DNA from: Calditrichia bacterium
Lineage (GTDB): Bacteria > Calditrichota > Calditrichia > JAJRVZ01
Assembly (NCBI GenBank): GCA_963796965.1
Contig: CAWCNS010000006.1
Coordinates: 320,001 to 384,000 of the forward strand
DNA: 64,000 nucleotides
Reading direction: 5' to 3'
Shown: positions 30,998 to 41,346 of the stretch, piece after piece
How the letters are laid out: the number at the start of each line of letters is the position of its first letter
How positions within the stretch are numbered: position 1 is the stretch's first letter
Notes under the pieces: generated by a model
What the model was told of the DNA's origin: nothing
What the model saw: the letters and a program-made list of their open reading frames with translations, nothing else
Databases searched by the model: none
Program-made: the position numbers and the translations under genes

Positions 30998-32378
30998 ATG
31001 AAAGATTTTTCAATTCTGGTAATCGATGACGAACCGGCACAAATCATATCAATTAAATCTTACTTGTCCCGGCGAGACTACAATGTGCTGACCGCAAGTT
31101 CAGGTGAAGAGGGGCTTTCTTTTCTTAATAATGGATATATAGACCTTGTTTTAACAGATTATCGTATGCCTGGAATTAGTGGATTAGAGGTCGTGCGCAA
31201 AGTAAAGCATTTTAATCCCGAACTTCCCGTTGTAGTCATCACCGCCTTTAGTGATACAGAGGATGCCGTCAGAGTAATGAAAGAGGGCGCATTCGATTAT
31301 CTGTCCAAGCCGATTGATCTGGATGAATTAGACATCATTGTGAAAAAAGTTGTTGATCACAAAAATTTAATCTCTGAGAACAAACTTCTCAAAGAACAAT
31401 TAAAAACGAGGTATAAATTTGATTCCATTATTTCTCAAAGCGGAGAGTTAGAAGAAGTTCTTAATACAGCTGCCCGGGTAGCTAATAGCAAGGCACCTGT
31501 TCTAATTCGAGGTGAAAGTGGTACGGGCAAAGAACTTATCGCCAAAGCAATACATTTTACCAGCACCAGGAAAGAAAAACCACTTGTTACCGTTAATTGT
31601 GCTGCCCTTCCTGACAACTTGCTTGAGAGTGAACTTTTTGGGCATGAAAAGGGCGCATTTACAGGGGCTATTGGACAAAGAATCGGGCGCTTCGAAAGGG
31701 CTGATGGTGGAACCCTGTTTATAGATGAAATCGGCGATCTTCCTCCACAAACGCAGGTTAAATTGCTAAGAGCCCTGCAGTTTGGTGAATTTGAACGTGT
31801 TGGTGGATCTGAAACAATAAAGACGAATGTGCGTGTCTTAACAGCAACAAATCAAAATCTGGAGGAGTTGATCAAGGGCAAACTCTTTCGGGAAGATTTA
31901 TTTTATAGAATCAATGTGGTAACGATTAATGTGCCGCCCCTACGGGAGAGAAAGACCGACATTCCTGTTTTAGTCAGGTTCTTCATGGATAAATATTCCC
32001 GGGAAAATCATAAAGAGATTAGTGGTATTAGTAAAGAAGCTCAGGATTATCTAATGCGATATCAGCTTCCCAGGTAATGTCCGTGAACTGGAAAATATTA
32101 TTGAACGCTCTGTGGTACTAAGCAGGGGTGAAATAATAACAACCAGCGACCTTCCTTCCGGCCTGTCTACCTCTACCGAACGGGCGGTTCTGGATCCCCT
32201 GGATTTCTCTGATACCTATACTGATAAGATTGCTGCATTCGAAACGACAATGATCGACAAAGCACTTGAGATCAAAACGGGGAACCAAAGCCAGGCAGCA
32301 AAAATACTAGGCATATCCGAACGTCATTTACGTTCCCGAATGCAAAAACTTGACATTATTAACACAAAGCGAAATTAG
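30998..32378 (+). CDS. Sigma54-dependent response regulator (NtrC/ZraR family); frameshift near 32060
   Basis: REC domain (VIDDE, LTDYRMPG, KP); Walker A GESGTGKE; GAFTGA; LFIDE; FREDLFYR; then PGNVRELEN and a Fis-type HTH (NQSQAAKILGIS) in the next frame. Confidence 0.92.
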
Positions 32379-32386
32379 GTAAAATC

Positions 32387-32803
32387 ATGCGTAATAAAAT
32401 ATTTTTACTTTTTCTTCCGATTATAATATTTGTGTTCCCGTTATCAACACTCTTTGCTCAGGACAGTACAAAAACCAAATCCTCAGACACACAACAGGGA
32501 CAACATTTTATTGACGAAGATGGTGATGGTTATAATGATAATGCCCCAGACCATGATAATGATGGAATTCCCAATGGATTGGACCCTGATTGGCAGAAAG
32601 AAAAAGGACAAACCGGAAACAAGAAACGTTGGCGTTATATCGATCTAGACGGTGATGGTATTAATGATAATCTTCAGGGAGACCAGAAACCCCTAATGCC
32701 CGAAAGCCAAAAAGGTCTTCAACAACAGAAGGGAACTTCTATCGAAGGACAGGAAAATAGAAGAAACGGCCAGCAAAAGAAAAAGAAAGGTTCGAACAAA
32801 TAG
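32387..32803 (+). CDS. Second secreted DxDGDG-repeat protein, paralog of 28753..29394
   Basis: Signal peptide; FIDEDGDGYNDNAPDHDNDGIPNGLDPDW is nearly identical to FVDENGDGYNDNAPDHDGDGIPNGADPDY of the upstream protein. Confidence 0.8.
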   Translation: MRNKIFLLFLPIIIFVFPLSTLFAQDSTKTKSSDTQQGQHFIDEDGDGYNDNAPDHDNDGIPNGLDPDWQKEKGQTGNKKRWRYIDLDGDGINDNLQGDQKPLMPESQKGLQQQKGTSIEGQENRRNGQQKKKKGSNK

Positions 32804-32831
32804 CCCCACTCATAAATGAGCATATCCAGAA

Positions 32832-33452
32832 TTACTTAATTTCACTATTCATTTTAAATGTTTCCGGTGTGACTATGCCCCCAGATACAATCCATTTCAT
32901 TGCTTCCTCAACAGAAATATTAATATGCACGACATTATCTTGAGGAACAAGGATAAAAAATCCGGAGGTGGGATTAATGGCAGCTAAAATAAGAACATTA
33001 TATAACTTTTGATCTTTATCCGGATGCGTAATCTCTCCATTAACCAATCCAATGGACCAAATATTTTTTTTCGGGTATTCAACCAAAATCACTTTTTTAC
33101 CGGGTTCTTCTGTTTTAAATGAAAACGTCTCCATTATTTGCTTAACAGAACCATAGATGGATTTTGCCACTGGTATGTTTAGAACAATTTTTTCACCTAG
33201 AGATACAAATTTTCGTCCGATAAAATTAGTTACGAGAATACCAACAAAATAAATCCCTAATAAAGTTATAATAATGCCAATACCCGGTACCCAGTAACCC
33301 AGTTGTGGCATAAGATAAGGAAGAAGCAATTCATCCAGGAAGGTAAAGATCGCTTTGACCACTAAAATGGTTATAACGATAGGAACGACAACGAGAATAC
33401 CTGATAAAAAATAATTTTTTGATCGTTTTTTAAAACTTTGAAATAGATTCAT
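32832..33452 (-). CDS. DUF502 domain membrane protein
   Basis: FLSGILVVVPIVIT, IPVAKSIYGSVKQ, VLVEYP-like and NPTSGF, EEAMKWIVSGG. Confidence 0.85.
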   Translation of the reverse strand: MNLFQSFKKRSKNYFLSGILVVVPIVITILVVKAIFTFLDELLLPYLMPQLGYWVPGIGIIITLLGIYFVGILVTNFIGRKFVSLGEKIVLNIPVAKSIYGSVKQIMETFSFKTEEPGKKVILVEYPKKNIWSIGLVNGEITHPDKDQKLYNVLILAAINPTSGFFILVPQDNVVHINISVEEAMKWIVSGGIVTPETFKMNSEIK

Positions 33453-33486
33453 ATAATATCAGTAGGTATGTTAGAGAAATATTACG

Positions 33487-33515
33487 GTAGAGACGTCCCG
33501 CTGGGACGTCTCTAC
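33487..33515. repeat. GTAG-type REP palindrome
   Basis: GTAGAGACGTCCC-GCT-GGGACGTCTCTAC: 13-bp perfect arms beginning with GTAG. Confidence 0.75.
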
Positions 33516-33552
33516 AAACAAAACATTATTCAGTAGACAAATATAAATTGCA

Positions 33553-36500
33553 TTAAGGTTGTTGCGGCGCAGGAGGCTCTGGTTTTGAATTTACAGTGAC
33601 ACTACCTGTCGTTTCCGCATTAGCTTTTCCATCGGACACTTTAACCGTGAAAGAAAAAGTACCTGTTTGATCATCTCCGGGAGTCCAGGAAAAATCTCCA
33701 CTTGAAGGATTGAGATCTGCTCCAGCAGGCAAATCATTTGATTCAAATTTTAGATTGTCTCCATCTGGATCGGATGCTGAAAAACTTAGTGACGCAGATT
33801 CTCCTGCTGTCACCGTAACCGATCCACCGCCACTTATTTCCGGCGTACGATTTATATCATTAACTGTAACAGATACAGTTGTAGTGCTCTCTGCGGTGCC
33901 ATCGGAAACCTTGGCATTCAAAGAATAAGTGTCACTCTGATCATAACCGGGTGTCCAGCTAAAATTTCCCGAGCTACCATTCAATGTTGCCCCATCCGGT
34001 AGATTGTCAATAGTATAAGTAAGGCTATTATCTGTATCTTCGTCGTTCGCAGCTAATGCAAAGGAAAGAGATGAACCCTCATCGATAGTTTTTGGTGAAA
34101 CAGGTTGCAGTTGAGGCGCTCTGTTGACGTCACTAACCGTTACAGATAGAGTTGTTTCGGCAGACAATCCCCCGGCATCTGCTACTTTTACATTTATTTG
34201 ATAGGTACCCGCTTGTGTAAAATTGGGGGTCCAGTTTAGTGTTCCAGTTGCAGCATCCAGCATTGCTCCAGTTGGTAAATTATCTGATGAATATTGCAAT
34301 TTTCCCTGATCTTCCTGGTCGGGATCTGAGCCTTGAACCGGGACAGACATCGCCGAATTTTCAGCTACGGTCTGGTTTCCTATCGCCGCAACTTCTGGCG
34401 GACGGTTTATGTTCGTGACAGTTACATTAAATGTATTTTCTGCTGTCAACCCCGCGATATCTTTAACAGTAAATTGAATATTTGCATAGGTACCTGCCTG
34501 GTCATAGGTTGGCGTCCAGGAAAGTTCTTTTTTCGCTGCATCAAAAGTCATACCAGCAGGAAGATTTGAGGCTGTTACCTGCAACTTTCCTTCATCTTCC
34601 TGGTCTGGATCTGTTGCATTGATAGCAAGGGTAAAAGCGCTATTCTCGTCAATGGTTTGATCCGCAATCGCTTCAGTTGTTGGGGGGCGATTTACATGAT
34701 TTACTGTTATTGACATTGTTTGAGTAACTGTAAACTCACCATCGGTCATTGAAACAGGTATTTCATAAATCCCGGATTGATCATATCCAGGTGTCCATGT
34801 CACTGTACGGGTCGCCGGATCAAAGCTCGCTCCTTCCGGTAAATTCTGAGCTGAATAAACTATCTTTTGTAAATCCTCTGCATCTGGATCTTCTCCCGCC
34901 TCAATTACGACATTTAATGGTACGTTTTCTTCACCCGTTTGTGCCTGAATTGGATTCAGAACTGGTGTTCGGTTTACATGATTAACTGTAACCTGTACCT
35001 CCTGGTTAATCATTTGGCCTTGTGGATCAGTATTGGTTACAGTAACCGAATAGTTTCCTGCCTGGTCAAATGAGGGTGTCCAGCTAAAAGTTGCGGTTTC
35101 TGCATTAAATGTTGCCCCCTGCGGCAGTTGACCAGTAGAAAGCACCCATTTGCCGGCATCTTCAGTATCCGGGTCATTTGCCGTTACTTTAAACTCCAAT
35201 GGTTGGTTTTCAGCTACTGTTTTCGTTTCAATGGTTTCAATTGTGGGTGGCCTATTTACATGATTAACGGTAATCGTCATTGATTTGGATTCTGATAATT
35301 TTCCATCACCTAGTGTAAATTCCAACGTATATTGGCCAGATTGATCATAACCAGGTGTCCAGGCGAAATTTGAACCATCCAGAGTGGCCCCCTCAGGTAA
35401 CTGTTTTGCACTATAAACCAGGCTCGTTTGATCTTCCTGGTCCGGATCACTACCAGTCAAAACAAAAGTTAATGCCACATTTTCATCAACTGTTTTGGCT
35501 TCGATATCATTAATTGTTGGAGGCCGGTTGATATGGTTTACAGTAACATTCATTGATTGACTATGTTGTAGACCATTTGGATCGGTAATCGTGAAAGTTA
35601 CTCCCTCAAAATTACCAGATTGTTCATAAGTAGGCACCCAGGTAAATGTAAGTGAGTCAGGATTAAAGTTTGCCCCCTGAGGTAAATTCATAGCTGAAAA
35701 TTTTAGATTTCCCGAGTCTTCGGTATCAGGGTCCGTTCCGCTGATTGTAAATGTTAGTTTACTGTTTTCATCGACCGTTTTGTTCGCCACAGCATCCAGA
35801 TTAGGCGTTCTGTTTATATGAACCACAGTAATATTCATTGAAGTTGTATCAGCAAGATTTCCCGCCTTCATAACCAACAGTAAATTTTCATATATACCTG
35901 ATTGATCATAGGTGGGGGTCCAGGTAAATTTTTGTGATGCCGGATCAAATATTGCACCTTCAGGCAAGCCAATTACCTGGAAAGAGATCGCATTCTGATC
36001 TTCCTCATCAGGGTCATTTCCTTCAATCATAAATGATATTTCTTCATTCTCGTTTATCGTCTTGTCTGCAACTTCTGCTACCAATGGTTTACGGTCAACA
36101 TGATGAATGGTGATTGTGCTTCCATCACGATCTAACCCGCCGGCCTGATCAGATAAAACAAAATCAACCATATATGTCCCAGATTGTTTGTAGGTCGGTT
36201 TCCAGGTAAACACCCGTGAGACGGGATCAAAGGAAGCCCCTTCGGGCAGGTTTTCAACGGAGTAAACTAATTTTCCCTTGTCCTCCTTATCTTCGTCCTT
36301 ACCTTCCATTACGGTTATGGTAAGCACTTCATCCTCTTTTAAAGTATAATCTTCAACTTCAGGAAGCGTGGGCGGGCGATTAACATGATTAACCGTAATC
36401 GCAAATCCCTTTTCATCTGTAAGTCGACTATCTGTAAATTCTATAACCCTAATCACGATGTCAGAATAAATTCCCGATTGTTCATAATGGGGGGTCCAGG

Positions 36501-37653
36501 ATAATGTACCACTAAGCGTATCAAATTTTGCTCCTTCGGGCATATTATCGATTTCAAAAAATAATATATCCCCATCTGGATCGAAAGCTTCAACGGTGAG
36601 TGTTATCATTTGTTGCTCATTTAATACCGTGTCGGCAATAGCAGTTAGCGTTGGCGGACTATTATACCGTAATATTAATGATTTTGTATTTGCGGCAATA
36701 AACAGATAAACATCCTCTTTCCATAATCCATAAATTTTATCCTCAGCCTGATAACTTCCCCCGGGAATCATTTCCGGCAAATTTGAGACATCGACAATAT
36801 CCACACGTTTTTTTGTTTCATTGGCCATAAATAGATTTTTACCAGATTTAAAAACATCTGCGATATATCCATCTACAACCAATTTATTTACAAGCGCGGG
36901 GAATTTGGGATTACTGATGTCTACAACATTTACACTTTCAGCACCATCAGCCAGAAAAAGATAATTTTCCTCCAGGGACATGGAGCGCAAATTTTTCAAT
37001 CCGGTATATTCACCTAATCTTTTCAGATTATTATTATCAGAAACGTCCAGTATTTGCAAGCCGCCTGTTTTATCTGAGACATAAAGGGTTGTACCATTAA
37101 GAATTAACTCCCATGCCCAACCTGGTGTATCAAAATTTCCTATAGGAACAGGACTTGTTGGATTGGAGATATCATAGACACTAACGCCGGTTTCTTCCTC
37201 TGCCACATACACATAGGGGTAATTAGCAGTAACCCAAAAAGCATTGCCTTTTGTTACAATTTTACCCATTTTTGTGATAGCGGCCGGATTGGACATGTCC
37301 AGAATATGAACACCTTCCAATTCGTCTGAGAGATAGCCATAATGATCATCTATAAAAAGATTGTGGGCGCGGTGCTCATTTTGGTAGGTACCGATTTCTT
37401 TAGGATTTTCACGACTGGTAACATCAATGACCTGTATTCCAGACCAAACATTTACAACATAAAGGATGTTGTTTTTGTAGGTGAGATTTTGAATACCGTC
37501 TTTTACATCCTGGCCTGATTCTAAGCGTGTAGGTCCCATTGAGGAAATAAATTCTGCACTTGCTCTTTGAGCGTAAATCACCGATGTGTTTAAATAGACC
37601 ATCGCCACAATAATGACTAATATAATTGTAAAGAAATGGTCAAACTTTTTCAT
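33553..37653 (-). CDS. Large secreted/surface protein: LVIVD-repeat beta-propeller followed by 11 tandem He_PIG/cadherin-like Ig domains
   Basis: Signal peptide; LVIVD-type repeats (GIQVIDVT, GLQILDVS, VNVVDIS); 11 units of about 95 aa starting N(R/S)xP and containing D.D.ED, LPxGAxFD and WTPxYxQ(S/A)G. Confidence 0.85.
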   Translation of the reverse strand: MKKFDHFFTIILVIIVAMVYLNTSVIYAQRASAEFISSMGPTRLESGQDVKDGIQNLTYKNNILYVVNVWSGIQVIDVTSRENPKEIGTYQNEHRAHNLFIDDHYGYLSDELEGVHILDMSNPAAITKMGKIVTKGNAFWVTANYPYVYVAEEETGVSVYDISNPTSPVPIGNFDTPGWAWELILNGTTLYVSDKTGGLQILDVSDNNNLKRLGEYTGLKNLRSMSLEENYLFLADGAESVNVVDISNPKFPALVNKLVVDGYIADVFKSGKNLFMANETKKRVDIVDVSNLPEMIPGGSYQAEDKIYGLWKEDVYLFIAANTKSLILRYNSPPTLTAIADTVLNEQQMITLTVEAFDPDGDILFFEIDNMPEGAKFDTLSGTLSWTPHYEQSGIYSDIVIRVIEFTDSRLTDEKGFAITVNHVNRPPTLPEVEDYTLKEDEVLTITVMEGKDEDKEDKGKLVYSVENLPEGASFDPVSRVFTWKPTYKQSGTYMVDFVLSDQAGGLDRDGSTITIHHVDRKPLVAEVADKTINENEEISFMIEGNDPDEEDQNAISFQVIGLPEGAIFDPASQKFTWTPTYDQSGIYENLLLVMKAGNLADTTSMNITVVHINRTPNLDAVANKTVDENSKLTFTISGTDPDTEDSGNLKFSAMNLPQGANFNPDSLTFTWVPTYEQSGNFEGVTFTITDPNGLQHSQSMNVTVNHINRPPTINDIEAKTVDENVALTFVLTGSDPDQEDQTSLVYSAKQLPEGATLDGSNFAWTPGYDQSGQYTLEFTLGDGKLSESKSMTITVNHVNRPPTIETIETKTVAENQPLEFKVTANDPDTEDAGKWVLSTGQLPQGATFNAETATFSWTPSFDQAGNYSVTVTNTDPQGQMINQEVQVTVNHVNRTPVLNPIQAQTGEENVPLNVVIEAGEDPDAEDLQKIVYSAQNLPEGASFDPATRTVTWTPGYDQSGIYEIPVSMTDGEFTVTQTMSITVNHVNRPPTTEAIADQTIDENSAFTLAINATDPDQEDEGKLQVTASNLPAGMTFDAAKKELSWTPTYDQAGTYANIQFTVKDIAGLTAENTFNVTVTNINRPPEVAAIGNQTVAENSAMSVPVQGSDPDQEDQGKLQYSSDNLPTGAMLDAATGTLNWTPNFTQAGTYQINVKVADAGGLSAETTLSVTVSDVNRAPQLQPVSPKTIDEGSSLSFALAANDEDTDNSLTYTIDNLPDGATLNGSSGNFSWTPGYDQSDTYSLNAKVSDGTAESTTTVSVTVNDINRTPEISGGGSVTVTAGESASLSFSASDPDGDNLKFESNDLPAGADLNPSSGDFSWTPGDDQTGTFSFTVKVSDGKANAETTGSVTVNSKPEPPAPQQP

Positions 37654-38027
37654 GTTTTACTCCAGTATAAATTGGTAGGCAATTGATGCAAATAATTGAT
37701 AATATATAGAGTTAAAAGGAATTCAATTTAAATCCTCTCCCTAATAAAATCAAGGGTAAACTCTAAACCCGATGACCGGAAGAAATCGATTAACAGCAAA
37801 TGTATAAGGTATAATTGTTTCCATATTTCTTCAGATAAGCCCTCGGGGACTATAAATAATATAAGCATATATTATTATCACGCTATTTACTAGAAAAGTT
37901 GAGTTTTTTTTTATTTTTTTTATCTTATTCTCAGATTGAAAAAAATTGAATAAATCTCCCCAAAAATAAGTTAAGCCCCTTTAGAGATGTAAATAATGTA
38001 ACAAATTCTAGGAAAGGAAAATTTCGA

Positions 38028-38492
38028 ATGTTAGATCAAGACGTTAAAGCTCCTGAATTTCTCTTACCGGATCAAAACGGTAAAGATCATAGGCTAAGTG
38101 ATTATCGAGGCCAATGGATTATACTCTATTTCTATCCCAAGGATATGACTCCCGGATGTACAACAGAAGCCTGTACATTTCGAGATGAATTTCCCAGCTT
38201 TAAAAAAATAGATGCTGTCGTTTTTGGTGTTAGCAAGGATAGTGTTAAGCGTCATGCTAAATTTATTGAAAAATATCAATTGCCCTTTGACCTTTTAAGT
38301 GATGAATCGGGCAAGATATGTGAAATGTACGATGTCTGGAAGGAAAAATCTTTATATGGTAAATCTTTTATGGGAATTGTGCGATCAACCTATCTTATTG
38401 ATCCTCGCGGAATTATTGCCAAGGTTTACCCTAAAGTGAAGGTGAAGGAACACGCAGCCCAGATATTGCAAGATCTTTCTGATTTATCCTAA
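38028..38492 (+). CDS. bcp: Thioredoxin-dependent peroxiredoxin BCP
   Basis: YFYPKDMTPGCTTEAC active site; VRSTYLID. Confidence 0.92.
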   Translation: MLDQDVKAPEFLLPDQNGKDHRLSDYRGQWIILYFYPKDMTPGCTTEACTFRDEFPSFKKIDAVVFGVSKDSVKRHAKFIEKYQLPFDLLSDESGKICEMYDVWKEKSLYGKSFMGIVRSTYLIDPRGIIAKVYPKVKVKEHAAQILQDLSDLS

Positions 38493-38582
38493 AATTTGTT
38501 GCCCTTTTTAATCTATTTTTGTAATGTATTCCCTAAGCGATGTGTATTTATTAGGGCACTCATTCATTACGAGGGTAAAACA

Positions 38583-38918
38583 ATGAAAAAGACTCCTTTA
38601 ATTATTGCAGGTGCGGTCATTGCTGTTGTTCTTGTACTAATCATTGTTTGGCAGGTAAAAACAATATCCGGGACAAGTGCAATAGAAGAGAAAACAGATA
38701 TATCCACAGAAATCTCTACTCTATATAAAACAAACTGTGCGCGATGTCATGGGGATCGCGGTCAGGGATATGCAGATAAACCTTCCATACAAGGTGCAGG
38801 ATATACCTCTGCAGAAATTAAAGAAATCATTAAAGGGGGACTTGATGAAATGCCTTCTTTTCCAAATATCAGCGAACCTTCCCTGAGTGGATTGTCTGAT
38901 TATGTAAGTAAACTTTAG
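38583..38918 (+). CDS. Membrane-anchored monoheme cytochrome c
   Basis: N-terminal TM anchor; CARCH heme motif; distal Met in GLDEMPSF. Confidence 0.85.
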   Translation: MKKTPLIIAGAVIAVVLVLIIVWQVKTISGTSAIEEKTDISTEISTLYKTNCARCHGDRGQGYADKPSIQGAGYTSAEIKEIIKGGLDEMPSFPNISEPSLSGLSDYVSKL

Positions 38919-39101
38919 TAGCGGGTTTTATCGTTTATAAGATCAATATAGTAAATAAAGATCACTTTCTATCTATCTATTATATTTTCATGAATTTTCA
39001 ATTCCAACTAGGTCAATCCTACCGCTATTTCTTATATAAGTCGATACTAACAATATTTTTGCTAAAAGAATATCTTTTAACTATGGAGTGGTTTCACTAA
39101 A

Positions 39102-39941
39102 ATGATACATAAAAACATTTCCATCTTTAACAACACGTCTGAAACGATCCGTGCTGATATGTACTATCGTGAAGGCGCAAAAAATGAACCATGTATTATT
39201 ATATGTCATGGATTTAAAGGTTTTAAAAACTGGGCCTTTTTTCCGTTGCTTGCCGAATCATTGGCTTATGCCGGTTACATTGCAATCACATTTAACTTTT
39301 CCCGCAATGGTATCGGCGCTAATTTGCATAATTTTACTGAACTTGAACTGTTTAAGACAAACACTTACTCTCATGAATTAGGAGATCTTAAAGCAATGGT
39401 TGATGCCGTATCATCAGATCAGATTGGTAAAAGCCTTATAGATCATGAGAAAATTGGTCTGATTGGTCATAGTAGAGGCGGCGCCATCGCCCTGCTTTAT
39501 GCAGCATCTGACCCCCGAATCAGGTCTCTTGTAACCTGGTCATCAATTTCAACGGTAGATCGTTATTCTGATCAGGTGAAAGAGCAATGGAAAAAAAGCG
39601 GCTACATTGAAATAGAAAATAAAAGAACCATGCAAATAATGCAAGTTGGGGTGGATCTTCTAAATGATATCGAAGAAAACAAAGCACAGTTAGATATTTT
39701 GGGGTTGACCCAAGATTTGGATATTCCAACTCTTATAATTCATGGAGAGTCCGATGAAACAGTTTCAGCAGACGAAGCCCGTTTAATATATGATCATCTC
39801 GGATCAACGGAAAAAGAATTAATTATGATTGAAGAGGGTAATCACACTTTTGGAGCTCAACACCCTATGACCTCTCCAAAAGAACAACTTCAGGGTGTGT
39901 TTGATCTTACAGAAAACTGGTTCGATCGTTTTTTAAGATAG
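39102..39941 (+). CDS. Alpha/beta-fold hydrolase
   Basis: CHGFKGFK; nucleophile elbow GHSRGG; HGESDETV; EGNHTF. Confidence 0.88.
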   Translation: MIHKNISIFNNTSETIRADMYYREGAKNEPCIIICHGFKGFKNWAFFPLLAESLAYAGYIAITFNFSRNGIGANLHNFTELELFKTNTYSHELGDLKAMVDAVSSDQIGKSLIDHEKIGLIGHSRGGAIALLYAASDPRIRSLVTWSSISTVDRYSDQVKEQWKKSGYIEIENKRTMQIMQVGVDLLNDIEENKAQLDILGLTQDLDIPTLIIHGESDETVSADEARLIYDHLGSTEKELIMIEEGNHTFGAQHPMTSPKEQLQGVFDLTENWFDRFLR

Positions 39942-40003
39942 CATCAGACATCGTAATCTTTTTTCACTACCTATAAGATTAATTTTTTTATAATGGAAGT
40001 AAT

Positions 40004-40852
40004 TTGAAACTAGGGAAATATGAAATACTACCTATTGAATCCGGACAATTTGCTCTCGATGGTGGCGCAATGTTTGGTGTTGTACCAAAAAGTTTGTGGG
40101 AAAAATCCAATCCGTCGGACGAGAAAAATCGTATTTCTCTTGCCCTCCGCTCACTTTTGATAAAATCTACAGAGCGAATAATTTTAATCGATACGGGTAT
40201 TGGGACTAATTTCGATCAAAAATTTTCTAGCATTTATAAAATTGAAACAAATGATTGGAATGTTAACCACCAATTACAGAGCTATAATATTAAACCTGAA
40301 GATATTACCGATGTGATATTAACCCATTTGCATTTTGACCATACCGGGGGTACTACCTATCGCAAAAATGGACAATTGGTACTTGCTTTTCAAAACGCCA
40401 TTCATCATGTACAGGAAGAACATTGGGATTGGGCTCTGAAACCCTCCGAAAAGGACCAGGCCAGTTTTTTACAGGAGAACTTTATTTTACTGGAAAAGGA
40501 AAGGATGCTTAATAAATTATCCGGCCCTTGTGAATTATTTCCAGGATTGGAAGTAATGGTGACGTATGGTCATACTCCGGGAATGCAAATAGTTAAAATC
40601 TCTGATTCTGATAAAACATTACTCTATTGTGCCGATCTCATTCCCACAACTTCACATATTCCCGTTCCTTGGGTTATGGCGTATGATAATAATCCAATGA
40701 CTACGATGAATGAAAAAAATCGACTTTTACCTCAGGCCGTTGAAGAAAATTGGATCCTTGTTTTTGAACATGATCCAGAGCTGAATGCTGGCACTATAAC
40801 CCGGACAGAAAAAGGATTTAAGCTTGATAAAGGCATTTCCCTCCTTGATTAA
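40004..40852 (+). CDS. MBL-fold metallo-hydrolase (YtnP-like)
   Basis: LDGGAMFGVVPK, THLHFDH, GHTPG, FEHD. Confidence 0.88.
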   Translation: MKLGKYEILPIESGQFALDGGAMFGVVPKSLWEKSNPSDEKNRISLALRSLLIKSTERIILIDTGIGTNFDQKFSSIYKIETNDWNVNHQLQSYNIKPEDITDVILTHLHFDHTGGTTYRKNGQLVLAFQNAIHHVQEEHWDWALKPSEKDQASFLQENFILLEKERMLNKLSGPCELFPGLEVMVTYGHTPGMQIVKISDSDKTLLYCADLIPTTSHIPVPWVMAYDNNPMTTMNEKNRLLPQAVEENWILVFEHDPELNAGTITRTEKGFKLDKGISLLD

Positions 40853-40956
40853 ATTCCGGCTCAGATAAATTTATTGCACTAAAATTTTTCCGAAAACAAA
40901 TAGGTTTTTGAAACTTAATCTTTTGCTATTGATATAAACAAAGGAAACAACTCTTT

Positions 40957-41267
40957 TTGAAAAAATATTACCCAGTACTTCAATTAGTGATATTATTTCC
41001 GGTAAAGGGCTGAAGATTAAAATAAAAAAAAACAGTATTGCCCTATTCATACACAAAGGTAAACTATACGCGGTGCAAAATAAATGTCCACATCAGAATG
41101 CAGATCTTTCAGATGGCTATATAATGAACAACAAACTCTATTGTTCTCTTCATCATTGGGCTTTCGATCTTGTAGATGGTACCTATGCTTTTAATCATGA
41201 TATGCGTTTAAAAACTTATGAAACAAAAATTGAAAATAATATGATTTTTATTTGTCTTGATGAGTAA
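40957..41267 (+). CDS. Rieske (2Fe-2S) ferredoxin; probable 1-nt indel near 40980
   Basis: CPHQ...CSLHHWAFD Rieske motifs. The frame continues upstream of the listed start (IALFIHKGKLYAV), and a TTG with an AAGGA RBS at 40957 lies one base out of frame. Confidence 0.75.
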
Positions 41268-41346
41268 TCTATTTATTATTATTATGGATGGTTTTAAAGT
41301 GAGATTATAGTACAAATATTATAAATATATTAGTGTATGGAAAATA

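Noticed and set aside
33553..36660. Periodic ~285-bp repeats as a possible CRISPR or DNA-level array
   Set aside because: They are diverged protein-domain repeats within one ORF; no identical direct repeats with spacers and no cas genes.
37654..38027. Long divergent intergenic region upstream of the surface protein as a possible c-di-GMP riboswitch or sRNA
   Set aside because: No recognisable riboswitch consensus or convincing stem architecture by eye; an Rfam search would be needed.
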